Of a stretch of 64,000 bases of DNA, positions 17,408 through 26,862 are shown piece after piece. Both the position numbers and the translations under genes were made by a program. Position 1 is the stretch's first letter, and each line of letters starts with the position of its first letter. Below the pieces are notes generated by a model. It was not told where the DNA came from and ran no database searches. It worked only from the letters and a program-made list of their open reading frames with translations. Source of the stretch: an uncultured Planctomycetia bacterium (GTDB lineage Bacteria; Omnitrophota; Gorgyraeia; Taenaricolales; CAZCCH01); assembly GCA_964497315.1 (NCBI GenBank), contig CAZCCH010000003.1, forward strand, positions 23,346-87,345, read 5' to 3'.

Positions 17408-18814
17408 ATGTTAAGAAAAATTTCAAACTTTTTTAAAACAAATAATATAAAAGTCTGGTTAGTTGGTGGATTTTTAAGGGATAGGCTTTTAGGTATTAAA
17501 CAAACTAAAATAATAGATATGGATTTTGCTGTTGAAGGAAATGCCTTAAAGCTTGCTAGGGAATTTTCTAATAAAATAGGTGGAAGTTTTTTAGCACTAG
17601 ATAAAAAAAGAGGCTGTGCTAGAGTAATTTATAAAAATTATATCCTAGATTTTGCTAATTTAAGGGCAGGGAGTATTCAGGAAGATTTAAAAAACAGAGA
17701 CTTTACAATAAATGCCTTAGCTGTTGAATTAGGTAGTAAGACCAAGGAAATAATAGACCCAACTGGAGGATTAGCTGATTTAAAGTTAAAACGCATAAAA
17801 GTAGTAAAACAAGCTGCCTTAAAAAGCGACCCACTACGCATTATAAGGGCATTTGGTCTTAGTAGTCGCCTTGGGTTTAAAATAGAGAAAAAGACTATAA
17901 GCCTTATAAAACAGAATAAAACAAAAGTAAAAAGTGTTTCAGGTGAAAGACTCTGGGAAGAGTTTTATGGATTACTAGTAGAGCCACATTGCTTTAAAAA
18001 CCTACAGCTTATGGATAAACTTGGGATCTTAGATGAGATTTTACCTGAGATAAAGTTATCTAAAAAGACTTATCAAGGGGCATATCATCATTTAAATGTA
18101 TGGAGACATTCTCTCTTGGCTTTTGAGGAATTTGAAAAATTAACTATGCAGTTACACAAGACTCTTCCAAAGTTACATTCAAAACTTAAAAACTACCTAA
18201 ATTCAGAACTATCTACTGGCAGGAAAAGAACCCCCCTTCTAAAATTAGCTGTTTTTTTACATGATTTAGGAAAACCTCTCACTAAGAAAAAAGAAGATGG
18301 TAAGATAAAATTTATAGGTCATGAAAAGAAAGTCCTTAAGATTATAGATAGAGTTTCAAAAAGGCTCAAACTATCAAATGCTGAAAGGGATTTTTTAAAG
18401 GTGGTTAGTTTAAATCATTTGCGGCCTGGGTATTTAAGTGACTTAGAAAAGATTAGTAAAAAAGCGATATTCCACTTTTTCAGAGATACAAAAAATGAAG
18501 GAGTTGGAGTATTGCTTTTATCAATAGCAGATAGATGTGCTACATTAGGACCTTTAAGTACCAAAAAGGCACTAAGGCATCATAATAACTTATGCATTAG
18601 ATTGATAAAGGAGTTTTATAAAAGTCCAAAGAAAACAATAAACCCACCTAGGCTAGTTAATGGAAAAGATATAATGAAACACTTAAATATAAAACCAGGG
18701 CCCTTGGTTGGTAAAATACTTAGACAAATACAAGAGGCCCAGGCTGAGGAGAAGATAAAAACAAAAACACAAGCTTTAAGATATATAAAAAAATGGAGGG
18801 TTAAAAATGGCTAG
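17408..18814 (+). CDS. cca: tRNA nucleotidyltransferase (CCA-adding enzyme) / poly(A) polymerase family with an HD domain
   Basis: Translation MLRKISNFFKTNNIKVWLVGGFLRD...DMDFAV... matches the polymerase-beta nucleotidyltransferase head, and a C-terminal HD-like region follows. The track ORF starts at 17231, but that N-terminal extension is junk overlapping the previous gene and terminator. Confidence 0.65.
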   Translation: MLRKISNFFKTNNIKVWLVGGFLRDRLLGIKQTKIIDMDFAVEGNALKLAREFSNKIGGSFLALDKKRGCARVIYKNYILDFANLRAGSIQEDLKNRDFTINALAVELGSKTKEIIDPTGGLADLKLKRIKVVKQAALKSDPLRIIRAFGLSSRLGFKIEKKTISLIKQNKTKVKSVSGERLWEEFYGLLVEPHCFKNLQLMDKLGILDEILPEIKLSKKTYQGAYHHLNVWRHSLLAFEEFEKLTMQLHKTLPKLHSKLKNYLNSELSTGRKRTPLLKLAVFLHDLGKPLTKKKEDGKIKFIGHEKKVLKIIDRVSKRLKLSNAERDFLKVVSLNHLRPGYLSDLEKISKKAIFHFFRDTKNEGVGVLLLSIADRCATLGPLSTKKALRHHNNLCIRLIKEFYKSPKKTINPPRLVNGKDIMKHLNIKPGPLVGKILRQIQEAQAEEKIKTKTQALRYIKKWRVKNG

Positions 18815-20132
18815 AAGCATTAAAAAACGCCTTAGTAAATTCTTCCAGCTAGAAAAACTTGGTACAGATATTCGTACTGAAGTAATTGCAGGTATAACTA
18901 CCTTTATGACTATGGCCTATATTATTGTAGTAAACCCTAAAATTTTAGAGTTTGCTGGAATTCCTTTTGGACCTTCTGTGGTAGCGACAGTGCTCTCAGC
19001 ATTTTTTGGGACACTTATTATGGGTGTATATGCTAAAAGGCCCCTAGCCATTGCACCTTATATGGGTGAAAATGCCTTTATTGCATTTACTGTAGTTAAG
19101 GTTTTAGGTTATAGCTGGCAGACAGCCATTGGTGCAATATTTATAGGAGGTGTATTATTTAGCCTGTTAACTATTTTTAAGATGCGTTCATGGCTTGCCA
19201 ATGCAATACCGCAAAGCCTAAAATATAGCTTTGCTGTAGGGATAGGTCTGTTTTTAACATTTATAGGTTTAAATGAAACAGGCATTGTAACAGTAGGCAT
19301 TAAAGATGCACCTGTTAAAGTAGGGGCATTGACAACTCTACCAGTTTTACTTGCAATATTCGGGTTTTTATTAATTTGTATTCTAATGATACGAAAGGTC
19401 AAAGGTGCAATTTTATTGGGTATTATTACAACAACGCTTTTATCATTCCCTTTAGGTGTTTCAAAGGTACCAGATAAGTTATTCAGTATGCCACCAAGTC
19501 TAGCGCCTATATTTTTACAGTTAGATATTGTAGGTGCCCTAAGCTGGGGTTTCTTTGCTGTTATATTGACTGTGTTTGTAATGGATTTTGTAGATACTAT
19601 GGGTACACTTTTGGGGGTTTCATACAGGGCGGGGTTATTGGATAAAAACGGCAACCTACCTGAGATTGAAAAACCCATGCTTGCAGATGCCTTAGCGACA
19701 ATAGTAGGTGCACTTTTGGGGACTACCACCTGCGGGACATACATTGAATCTGCTGCAGGTATTGAAGAAGGTGGCAAAAGTGGCTTGACAGCGTGCGTTA
19801 CAGCACTTTTGTTTTTAGTGGCATTGTTTTTTGTGCCATTTTTTACAGCCGTACCTTCTGCAGCATACGGACCTGCTTTAATAATAGTGGGTGTTTTTAT
19901 GCTTGAGCCTATAGCAAGAATAAACTTCAAAGACTTAACAGAATTTATTCCTGCATTTTGTGTAATTGTATTGATGAGCTTTACATATAATCTAGGTATA
20001 GGTATGACAGCGGGATTTGTAATGTATGTGTTTCTTAAAGTAGTAACAGCAAGGAGTAAGGAAGTGCATCCTGGTATGTGGATATTGGGTGGTCTTTCGT
20101 TATTGTTTTTCATATTCTATCCTTATCATTAA
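18807..20132 (+). CDS. NCS2/AzgA-family purine (guanine/hypoxanthine) permease
   Basis: Translation reads ...GTDIRTEVIAGITTFMTMAYIIVVNPKIL..., the typical AzgA/PbuG N-terminus, and the protein is a multi-TM 441-aa transporter. Confidence 0.7.
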   Translation: MARSIKKRLSKFFQLEKLGTDIRTEVIAGITTFMTMAYIIVVNPKILEFAGIPFGPSVVATVLSAFFGTLIMGVYAKRPLAIAPYMGENAFIAFTVVKVLGYSWQTAIGAIFIGGVLFSLLTIFKMRSWLANAIPQSLKYSFAVGIGLFLTFIGLNETGIVTVGIKDAPVKVGALTTLPVLLAIFGFLLICILMIRKVKGAILLGIITTTLLSFPLGVSKVPDKLFSMPPSLAPIFLQLDIVGALSWGFFAVILTVFVMDFVDTMGTLLGVSYRAGLLDKNGNLPEIEKPMLADALATIVGALLGTTTCGTYIESAAGIEEGGKSGLTACVTALLFLVALFFVPFFTAVPSAAYGPALIIVGVFMLEPIARINFKDLTEFIPAFCVIVLMSFTYNLGIGMTAGFVMYVFLKVVTARSKEVHPGMWILGGLSLLFFIFYPYH

Positions 20133-20135
20133 AAA

Positions 20136-21851
20136 ATGGAAAATCAAGAAATTGCAGACATATTTCATGAAATAGCCGATATCTTAGAGATACAAGGAGA
20201 AAATCCTTTTAGGATACGCTCATACCGGAATGCTGCCCAGGCTATAGAGGAGCTTTCAGAAGAAGTTACATCTATTTATAAAAGGGGTGAACTTTGCGAT
20301 ATTCCAGGGGTAGGTTCTTCTATAGCAGAGAAAATAGAAGAGATTTTAAAAACAGGTAAGTGTAAATTCCACCAACAACTTTTTAAAAAGACACCACATG
20401 GTGTAATAGATATAATGAATATTCCTGGCATGGGACCAAAATCAGCAGCACTTGTTTATAAAAAACTAAAGGTTGATAGTATAAATAAACTTAAAAAGGC
20501 TGCTAAGGAAGGTAAGTTAGCTAGATTACCTAGGATGGGTGAAAAACTTCAACAAAAGGTACTTAAGGCAATAAAACAGATTAAAAAGGTTGAAGGAAAA
20601 TTTAAACTTGCAGATGCCCTTGAAGTGGCAGAAAAACTAGCAACCTCACTTAAGAAATTAAAAGAGGTTGAAAAATTAGAATTTGCAGGAAGCCTAAGAC
20701 GCAAAAAAGAATTAATAGGTGATATAGATATTTTAGTAATTTCTAAAAAGCCAGATAAGGTAATGGATAGCTTTACTTCTTTAAAAGAAGTAAAACAAAT
20801 TTTAGCCAAAGGACACACTAAATCCAGCGTTGTTTTAAAAAGTGGCATCCAGACTGATTTAAGGGTATTGCCTTCTAAAGACTTTGGTGCAGCTTTACAT
20901 TATTTTACAGGGTCAAAAGAACACAATGTTACAATAAGGGATTTAGCAAAGAGAAAAGGCCTTAAAATAAATGAATACGGTGTTTTTCGTGGCAAGCAGC
21001 GTATAGGAGGCAAGGAAGAAATAGATATCTTTAAGGCAGTGGGGATTAGGCAATACATTGAACCAGAGCTACGTGAAAACAAAGGTGAAATTGAAGCTGC
21101 CAAGAAAAACAAACTTCCTAAGCTTTTAGAACTAAAAGATATTAAGGGTGATTTACATATTCATACAGAGGATACTGATGGCAGAAGCAGCATTGATGAA
21201 ATGATTGAAGCAGCAAGGAAAAAAGGCTATAGTTATATTGCAATAACAAACCACTCTAAGGCAGTTACAATAGCGCATGGCATGGATGAAAAGAGACTAT
21301 TAAAGCAAATAGAAAAAATAGACAAAATTAATAAAAGACTTAAAGGTTTTAGGGTATTAAAAGGCATAGAGGTAGATATAAAAAAAGATGGATCTTTAGA
21401 TTTAAAAGATGAAGCACTAGTAAGGTGCGATGTAGTAATAGGTGCAATTCACTCAAACTTTGGTATGCCAAAAAGAAATATGACTGAAAGAATTTTAAAG
21501 GCAATGAAAAATAAACATTTGCATATTTTAGCTCATCCTACAGGCAGGCTATTAAAGGAACGTGAGCCTTACCAGGTAGATATGGAAAAAGTCTTAAAGA
21601 CAGCACTTGACTTAAATGTTTGTATGGAATTAAGTGCCTTTCCCGATAGGTTAGATTTAAATGATTTACACTGTCAGCTTGCGAAGAAGCTCGGTGTAAA
21701 GATAGCCTTAAATACAGACTCACACAGTATAGCACATCTTGATAATATGAAATACGGTATTTACACAGCCCGTAGAGGATGGCTTGAGAAAAAAGATATT
21801 GTAAATACCCTTCCCCTTGATAAATTACTAATGGCCCTAAGGAGGAATTAA
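20136..21851 (+). CDS. polX: Family X DNA polymerase (PolX) with a C-terminal PHP domain
   Basis: The N-terminus IADIFHEIADILEIQGENPFRIRSYRNAA is 8-kDa-domain-like, HhH motifs are present, and the C-terminus has a His-rich PHP (HIHTEDTDG...NHS...HP). Confidence 0.7.
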   Translation: MENQEIADIFHEIADILEIQGENPFRIRSYRNAAQAIEELSEEVTSIYKRGELCDIPGVGSSIAEKIEEILKTGKCKFHQQLFKKTPHGVIDIMNIPGMGPKSAALVYKKLKVDSINKLKKAAKEGKLARLPRMGEKLQQKVLKAIKQIKKVEGKFKLADALEVAEKLATSLKKLKEVEKLEFAGSLRRKKELIGDIDILVISKKPDKVMDSFTSLKEVKQILAKGHTKSSVVLKSGIQTDLRVLPSKDFGAALHYFTGSKEHNVTIRDLAKRKGLKINEYGVFRGKQRIGGKEEIDIFKAVGIRQYIEPELRENKGEIEAAKKNKLPKLLELKDIKGDLHIHTEDTDGRSSIDEMIEAARKKGYSYIAITNHSKAVTIAHGMDEKRLLKQIEKIDKINKRLKGFRVLKGIEVDIKKDGSLDLKDEALVRCDVVIGAIHSNFGMPKRNMTERILKAMKNKHLHILAHPTGRLLKEREPYQVDMEKVLKTALDLNVCMELSAFPDRLDLNDLHCQLAKKLGVKIALNTDSHSIAHLDNMKYGIYTARRGWLEKKDIVNTLPLDKLLMALRRN

Positions 21852-21852
21852 T

Positions 21853-22461
21853 ATGTTTAAGAAAATTACAGAAGAGTTAAGGCACCATGCACCTTTTACT
21901 GTTTTTGGAGCACTTACTGGTGCAATCTTAGTAATCGTTTTAAAAAATTTACCATTGAAGATTTCCCTTGGTGCCTTTTATGTATTTCATCCAATACATG
22001 TTCTTTTAAGTGCGCTAGTTACAGCCTCTATGTACGAGAGGCATAAATGCCCCGCCAATAGAAAGCAGTGCAACATCTGGATTTTGTTAATTATTGGGTA
22101 TGTGGGTGCTATAGGTATAGCTACATTAAGTGATTCATTAATACCTTACCTAGGTGAAACCTTACTTAATATGCCACACAGGCATATGCATATAGGTTTT
22201 ATTGAAAAATGGTGGTTGATTAACCCCCTGGCAATGATAGGTATTGCCATTGCATATTTTAGACCTTCCACAAAATTCCCCCACTACGGTCATGTATTAT
22301 TAAGTACCTGGGCATCACTTTTTCATATCCTTATGGCCATAGGCCAAGGACTAAACTGGCTTGGCTACCTTACCATATTTTTATTCCTCTTTATTGCCGT
22401 ATGGCTACCTTGCTGTATAAGTGATATCATCTTCCCGCTTTTATTTGTAAAAAATAAATAA
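21853..22461 (+). CDS. His-rich integral membrane protein of unknown function
   Basis: Its start is 1 nt after the polX stop. It has about 5 TM helices with conserved His clusters (HPIHV, PHRHMH, HYGH) and sits immediately upstream of nikR. Confidence 0.4.
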   Translation: MFKKITEELRHHAPFTVFGALTGAILVIVLKNLPLKISLGAFYVFHPIHVLLSALVTASMYERHKCPANRKQCNIWILLIIGYVGAIGIATLSDSLIPYLGETLLNMPHRHMHIGFIEKWWLINPLAMIGIAIAYFRPSTKFPHYGHVLLSTWASLFHILMAIGQGLNWLGYLTIFLFLFIAVWLPCCISDIIFPLLFVKNK

Positions 22462-22490
22462 TTGACAAATACCAAAAAACGTGTTATTAT
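22462..22490 (+). promoter_or_regulatory. nikR promoter (TTGACA-17-TATTAT)
   Basis: ttgaca lies at 22462-22467 and tattat at 22485-22490. A NikR-type palindrome overlaps the -10. Confidence 0.5.
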
Positions 22491-22507
22491 TTTTCTATTC
22501 GTAACAC
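22481..22507 (+). promoter_or_regulatory. Candidate NikR operator (GTGTTAT-N13-GTAACAC inverted repeat)
   Basis: gtgttat lies at 22481-22487 and gtaacac at 22501-22507. The half-sites are near-perfect reverse complements, with one mismatch to the GTGTTAC-N13-GTAACAC type of site. Confidence 0.55.
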
Positions 22508-22524
22508 GATTAAGGAGTCTACCT

Positions 22525-22941
22525 ATGTCTGAATTAATCCGCTTTGGCATATCTTTAGAAAAAGAACTCTCTGAAAAATTTGACCACATTATAAAACAAA
22601 GAAGCTATACTAATCGCTCTGAGGCCTTACGTGATTTAATCCGTAAGGAATTAGTAAAAAAACAATGGCATACTGGAAGAGAGGTTGCAGGGGCGATTAC
22701 GCTTGTATACGACCACCACAGAAGAGATCTTGTCAGTAAGCTTACCGATACCCAGCATGACTACCACCACATAATCATATCTACCCAGCATATTCACTTA
22801 GACCACCACAACTGTCTTGAGATAATAGTTGTTAAGGGTAAACCTCTTGATGTAGAGAAATTAACAGATGTAATAAGGGCCACTAAGGGAGTAAAACATA
22901 CCGGTTTAACCATGGCTACAACCGGAAAGGATATAACATAA
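22525..22941 (+). CDS. nikR: Nickel-responsive transcriptional regulator NikR (138 aa)
   Basis: The N-terminus MSELIRFGISLEKELSEKFD is a ribbon-helix-helix, and the C-terminal metal-binding region has His clusters (HH..D..HDYHH, HIHLDHH). An RBS (taaggag) precedes the ATG at 22525. The track ORF starts earlier at 22462. Confidence 0.75.
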   Translation: MSELIRFGISLEKELSEKFDHIIKQRSYTNRSEALRDLIRKELVKKQWHTGREVAGAITLVYDHHRRDLVSKLTDTQHDYHHIIISTQHIHLDHHNCLEIIVVKGKPLDVEKLTDVIRATKGVKHTGLTMATTGKDIT

Positions 22942-22958
22942 ACAAAGGAGGGGGGGGC

Positions 22959-24239
22959 ATGTTTAGACGTATTTTTTGTGTAATGTTGTTTTTAGGGGTA
23001 TTTGTTTCAACAAACTGTTTTGCCTCAGAGGTTGATGAGCTTAAGAAAGAGGTAAAAGAGCTTAGGGCAAGGATTATACAGCTTGAGAAAAGACTTGATG
23101 TACAGCAGAGGACAGTTGCGGCTCAAGAGGGCGAAATAGAGCAAATTAAAGAAACAGGAGTTATGCCGCAGTTAGATGGCATCAAGCTAGGAGCAGGTAG
23201 TACCTTTATAATACAGGGTACCTCAGATGCCAATGCTACCAGCAAAAAAGGTGAGGACGTAACAGATGCCTCTTATTCCATGAGCCTGGAATTTGAAAAA
23301 GAAGTAGGTAATTCAGGCTTGGCATTTTTACATATTGAAACAGGTGACGGAGAAGGCATAGAAGATGAATTAACGCTTTTCTCCAATGTAAACAGAGATC
23401 AAGATGATTCAGGCAATGCTGTAAATGTAACAGAGGCCTGGTATGAGCATTATCTTCTTGATGACCAATTTACTCTGACATTAGGAAAAATAGACGCAAC
23501 GTGCTATCTTGACCAAAATGAATTTGCAAATGATGAATGTGGGCAATTTTTAGGCAGAATTTTCAGAAATGCCTCGACACTAGATTTTCCTGACAACAAT
23601 GCCGGCATAAGGGGGTTATTGACATTAGAGAATACCCCATGGCTTGAAGTAGAAACACAGGCTTTAGATGGAGATGGTGATTGGGAAGATGTAGGAGATA
23701 ACCTATTTTTATCAGGTCAGTTGAATTTTAAACCGTCTTTAATGGAAGATAGAGAAGGTAATTATAGGCTCTATGCCTGGACAAATAGAACAAACCACCT
23801 ACTATGGGATGACCAAAACCAACAATGGGAGAATAATTGGGGTTTTGGTATAAGCGCAGACCAGGAAATTACAGATACAATTGGTCTATTTACAAGATAT
23901 GGATGGCAGGATCCCGATGTATATGTATCAGGTGCTGATTTTTCATTAGAACATTCCCTAAGCGGAGGTTGTCAGATTTTAGGTTCTTTATGGGGAAGGG
24001 ATGATGATTTAATTGGTCTCGGTCTTGGCTTAGAGATGCCATCAGATGAATATAAAGAATATTATAGCAGAAAGGCAGATGATGAAGGTCATTTTGAGGC
24101 ATATTATTCTTGCAAGATAAATGATTCCCTAACCATTTCCCCTGATTTTCATATGATTTGGGATGCCTATGGTAATGATGTAGCAGACAGGGATGATACT
24201 ATATATGTATTTGGAACAAGAGCTCAAGTAGATTTTTAA
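22959..24239 (+). CDS. Outer-membrane beta-barrel porin-like protein with an N-terminal coiled coil
   Basis: It has a signal peptide, a coiled coil (VDELKKEVKELRARIIQLEKRLD), an aromatic-rich and Gly-rich alternating body and a C-terminal Phe. It lies between nikR and the nik/cbi ECF transporter. Confidence 0.45.
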   Translation: MFRRIFCVMLFLGVFVSTNCFASEVDELKKEVKELRARIIQLEKRLDVQQRTVAAQEGEIEQIKETGVMPQLDGIKLGAGSTFIIQGTSDANATSKKGEDVTDASYSMSLEFEKEVGNSGLAFLHIETGDGEGIEDELTLFSNVNRDQDDSGNAVNVTEAWYEHYLLDDQFTLTLGKIDATCYLDQNEFANDECGQFLGRIFRNASTLDFPDNNAGIRGLLTLENTPWLEVETQALDGDGDWEDVGDNLFLSGQLNFKPSLMEDREGNYRLYAWTNRTNHLLWDDQNQQWENNWGFGISADQEITDTIGLFTRYGWQDPDVYVSGADFSLEHSLSGGCQILGSLWGRDDDLIGLGLGLEMPSDEYKEYYSRKADDEGHFEAYYSCKINDSLTISPDFHMIWDAYGNDVADRDDTIYVFGTRAQVDF

Positions 24240-24251
24240 GGGAGGTAAAAG

Positions 24252-24887
24252 ATGCATATACCAGATGGTTTTTTAACAGCAAATACCTGGATACCAACAT
24301 GGATTATATCTGTTGGCGGACTTGGATTTTGCCTTAGAAAACTAAAAGATATCCTTAAGGAAAAAATGGTTCCCCTAATGGGCGTTATGGCAGCCTTTAT
24401 ATTTGCAGCACAGATGCTGAATTTTCCTGTAGTAGGTGGAACATCAGGACATCTTTTAGGAGGGGTATTGGCAGCTGTGTTACTAGGGCCTTATGCAGGC
24501 GCAGTTGTAATAGCAGTGGTTTTAATTGTTCAATGTATAATATTCCAAGATGGCGGTTTGACTGTTTTAGGTGCAAATATTTTTAACATGTCTTTTGTAG
24601 GCGCTATGGGCGGATATATAATTTATAGGTTTGTACGCAAGATTATATCCGGCAATAGAGGTATTATTGCAGGAACTGCTGTGGCAGCGTGGTGTTCGGT
24701 TATAATAGCATCAACGGTTTGTGCAATAGAACTTGCTATTTCAGGGACATCTCCTTTAAAGATAGGCTTGCCTGCTATGGTAGGCATACATGCGTTGATA
24801 GGGATAGGTGAGGCTGTAATTAGTTGTTTAGTAGTAAGCTTTGTTTTGAAGGTAAGGCCGGATTTGATTTATAAAAGAGCAGATTAA
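24252..24887 (+). CDS. cbiM: ECF-type Ni/Co transporter substrate-capture component CbiM/NikM
   Basis: It has the N-terminal MHIPDGFL signature and about 6 TM helices. Confidence 0.75.
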   Translation: MHIPDGFLTANTWIPTWIISVGGLGFCLRKLKDILKEKMVPLMGVMAAFIFAAQMLNFPVVGGTSGHLLGGVLAAVLLGPYAGAVVIAVVLIVQCIIFQDGGLTVLGANIFNMSFVGAMGGYIIYRFVRKIISGNRGIIAGTAVAAWCSVIIASTVCAIELAISGTSPLKIGLPAMVGIHALIGIGEAVISCLVVSFVLKVRPDLIYKRAD

Positions 24888-24921
24888 AATATATAGACAC
24901 AAAAAGAGGAGTAAGACAGTC

Positions 24922-25206
24922 ATGACTAAAAAAGAAGTTATAGCAGGTCTTATTATAGCACTTGTTTTGGGGGTGTTTATTTCAGGGTTTGCATCTTCTT
25001 GGCCAGATGGTTTAGAAAAAGTTGCTGAGGATAAAGGTTTTCTAGAAAAAACTGATGCAGAACCTACCTTTCCATCACCCATACCTGATTATGCCTGGCC
25101 TGGTATTAAAAATGAAAAAGCTGCAACAGGCCTAGCAGGTGCAGCAGGCACACTTTTGACCTTTGGTGTAATGTATGGATTAGCAGTATTAGTTAAAGAA
25201 AAATGA
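24922..25206 (+). CDS. PDGLE-domain small membrane protein (NikL/CbiN-type accessory component)
   Basis: It contains the literal WPDGLEKV motif and has two TM helices. Confidence 0.6.
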   Translation: MTKKEVIAGLIIALVLGVFISGFASSWPDGLEKVAEDKGFLEKTDAEPTFPSPIPDYAWPGIKNEKAATGLAGAAGTLLTFGVMYGLAVLVKEK

Positions 25207-25925
25207 AACATTCCTTTTTAGATATTTACAGCAGCTTGGACTCACCCCTGCATAAAATTGATGCACGTATAAAGATTATAACCTTTATTAGCTGTATTTT
25301 ATTTACTATATTTACACCTGTAGAGGCCTTTGGTTGTTTTTCTTTATACATAATTATATTAATGACTCTTGTGTTTGTTTCTAAGCTGCCTGTAAGTTTT
25401 GTATTGAGAAGATCTTTGGTTATCATTCCCTTTGTTTTATTAATTTCACTTTTTAACTTAGCTGTAAATAAAGATATTTTATTTTTCTTAAATATATTAA
25501 TTAAGGCATACATTTCAATATTGTGCATGATTTTATTATCCAGCACAACCAGGTTTGATGAACTCCTAAAAGGTATGCAGTCTTTAAAATGTCCAAAACT
25601 TATAATAATGATATTATCCTTTATGTATCGCTATACCTTTATATTGCTTGATGAGATTTTAAGAATGAAGCGTGCCAAGGAAAGCCGCCAGATACAAAAA
25701 GCAACTAATTGGTTTGAGATAAAAACTATTGCACAAATGATAGGCTCGCTCTTTGTGCGCTCCTATGAAAGGGGTGAAAGGGTTTATTATGCTATGTGCT
25801 CGCGAGGATTTAAGGGGGATGTAATAACAAACACGCATTTTAAATTAAAGAGGCAGGATTTAATATTTATGTTTAGTATAATATTACCTGTAGGTTCTAT
25901 ATGGATAAAGGCATTGTTAAAATAA
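25203..25925 (+). CDS. cbiQ: ECF transporter transmembrane component CbiQ/NikQ (EcfT-like)
   Basis: Its position between cbiM and cbiO fits. Its start overlaps the previous stop. Confidence 0.6.
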   Translation: MKHSFLDIYSSLDSPLHKIDARIKIITFISCILFTIFTPVEAFGCFSLYIIILMTLVFVSKLPVSFVLRRSLVIIPFVLLISLFNLAVNKDILFFLNILIKAYISILCMILLSSTTRFDELLKGMQSLKCPKLIIMILSFMYRYTFILLDEILRMKRAKESRQIQKATNWFEIKTIAQMIGSLFVRSYERGERVYYAMCSRGFKGDVITNTHFKLKRQDLIFMFSIILPVGSIWIKALLK

Positions 25926-26665
25926 AAGATTTAAGCTATAGCTATCCCGACGGAACTAAAGCATTGAGCGATATGAACCTAGAAGTTCTAAAAGGCGAGA
26001 CTGTTGGTATAGTAGGACCCAATGCTGCTGGTAAAACAACACTTCTACTGCATCTAAACGGAATCTTACGCGGTGAAGGAAGTATTGAAGTTGCAGGACT
26101 TTGCATGGGCGATAAAAACCTCTTAGAAATACGTAAAAGAATAGGTCTTGTATTTCAAGACCCGGATGATCAATTATTTACACCAAGTGTATATGACGAT
26201 ATTGCATTTGGACTCCTGCAGAGAAACTTTGAAAAAGAAAAAATAGACAAGCTTGTAGAAGATGCCCTTTTACAAGTTGGCATGTGTGGTTTTGAGAAGA
26301 AATGCTCGCACCATTTAAGCTTTGGCCAGAAGAAAAAGGTTTCACTGGCTACTGTTTTAGCTTTACCTTGTGAGGTTTTGGTATTAGATGAACCCTCTAG
26401 TAATTTAGATCCAAAGTCGAGAAGAGAATTTATTGACATTTTAAAAAATTTGGCTTATACTAAACTTATTGCAACTCATGATTTGGAATTGGTTTTAGAG
26501 GTTTGCCAAAGAGTAGTGATTCTCGACGGAGGAAAGATAGTTGCCGACGGAAAAACGCTTCAAATTCTCTCCAATGAACCATTGCTTACAGAACACAATC
26601 TTGAAGTCCCCAGCAGTTTAAAAAAGCAAACATCATTTATTAATTCTAATAAACAAAATAAATAA
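25901..26665 (+). CDS. cbiO: ECF transporter ATPase CbiO/NikO
   Basis: It has Walker A GPNAAGKTT, the ABC signature LSFGQKKKV and Walker B VLVLDEP. Confidence 0.8.
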   Translation: MDKGIVKIKDLSYSYPDGTKALSDMNLEVLKGETVGIVGPNAAGKTTLLLHLNGILRGEGSIEVAGLCMGDKNLLEIRKRIGLVFQDPDDQLFTPSVYDDIAFGLLQRNFEKEKIDKLVEDALLQVGMCGFEKKCSHHLSFGQKKKVSLATVLALPCEVLVLDEPSSNLDPKSRREFIDILKNLAYTKLIATHDLELVLEVCQRVVILDGGKIVADGKTLQILSNEPLLTEHNLEVPSSLKKQTSFINSNKQNK

Positions 26666-26783
26666 TATTTCTTTGTATAACTTTTTATAATTAAAGAAGT
26701 TATGTAGGTAGAAGATTTTTCACTTATCCACCACATATTGTCGTAGGAAAATGGCAAAAATACCATATCTTGTATTTTTCACT

Positions 26784-26812
26784 TGACAGCAGTTTTTTCC
26801 TGTGATACATTT
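26784..26812 (+). promoter_or_regulatory. Putative nrdJ promoter, flanked by a 9-bp inverted repeat (tatccacca at 26725 / tggtggata at 26815) and a direct repeat atttttcactt (26714, 26774)
   Basis: ttgaca lies at 26784-26789, the spacer is 17 nt, and the -10 is tacatt. The repeat arms were read directly from the sequence. Confidence 0.35.
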
Positions 26813-26862
26813 TATGGTGGATAGAAAAAATTTAACTAACAATATGTTGCATGGAGGCACAA

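Noticed and set aside
19109-20113. 334-aa ORF on the minus strand
   Set aside because: It lies entirely antisense to the well-supported AzgA-type permease gene, and its translation is low-complexity with no motif. It is a typical shadow ORF of a membrane-protein gene.
26666-26850. Cobalamin riboswitch or NrdR box upstream of nrdJ
   Set aside because: No B12-box-like element and no convincing 16-bp NrdR palindrome pair could be read. Only the generic inverted and direct repeats, reported as a finding, are present.
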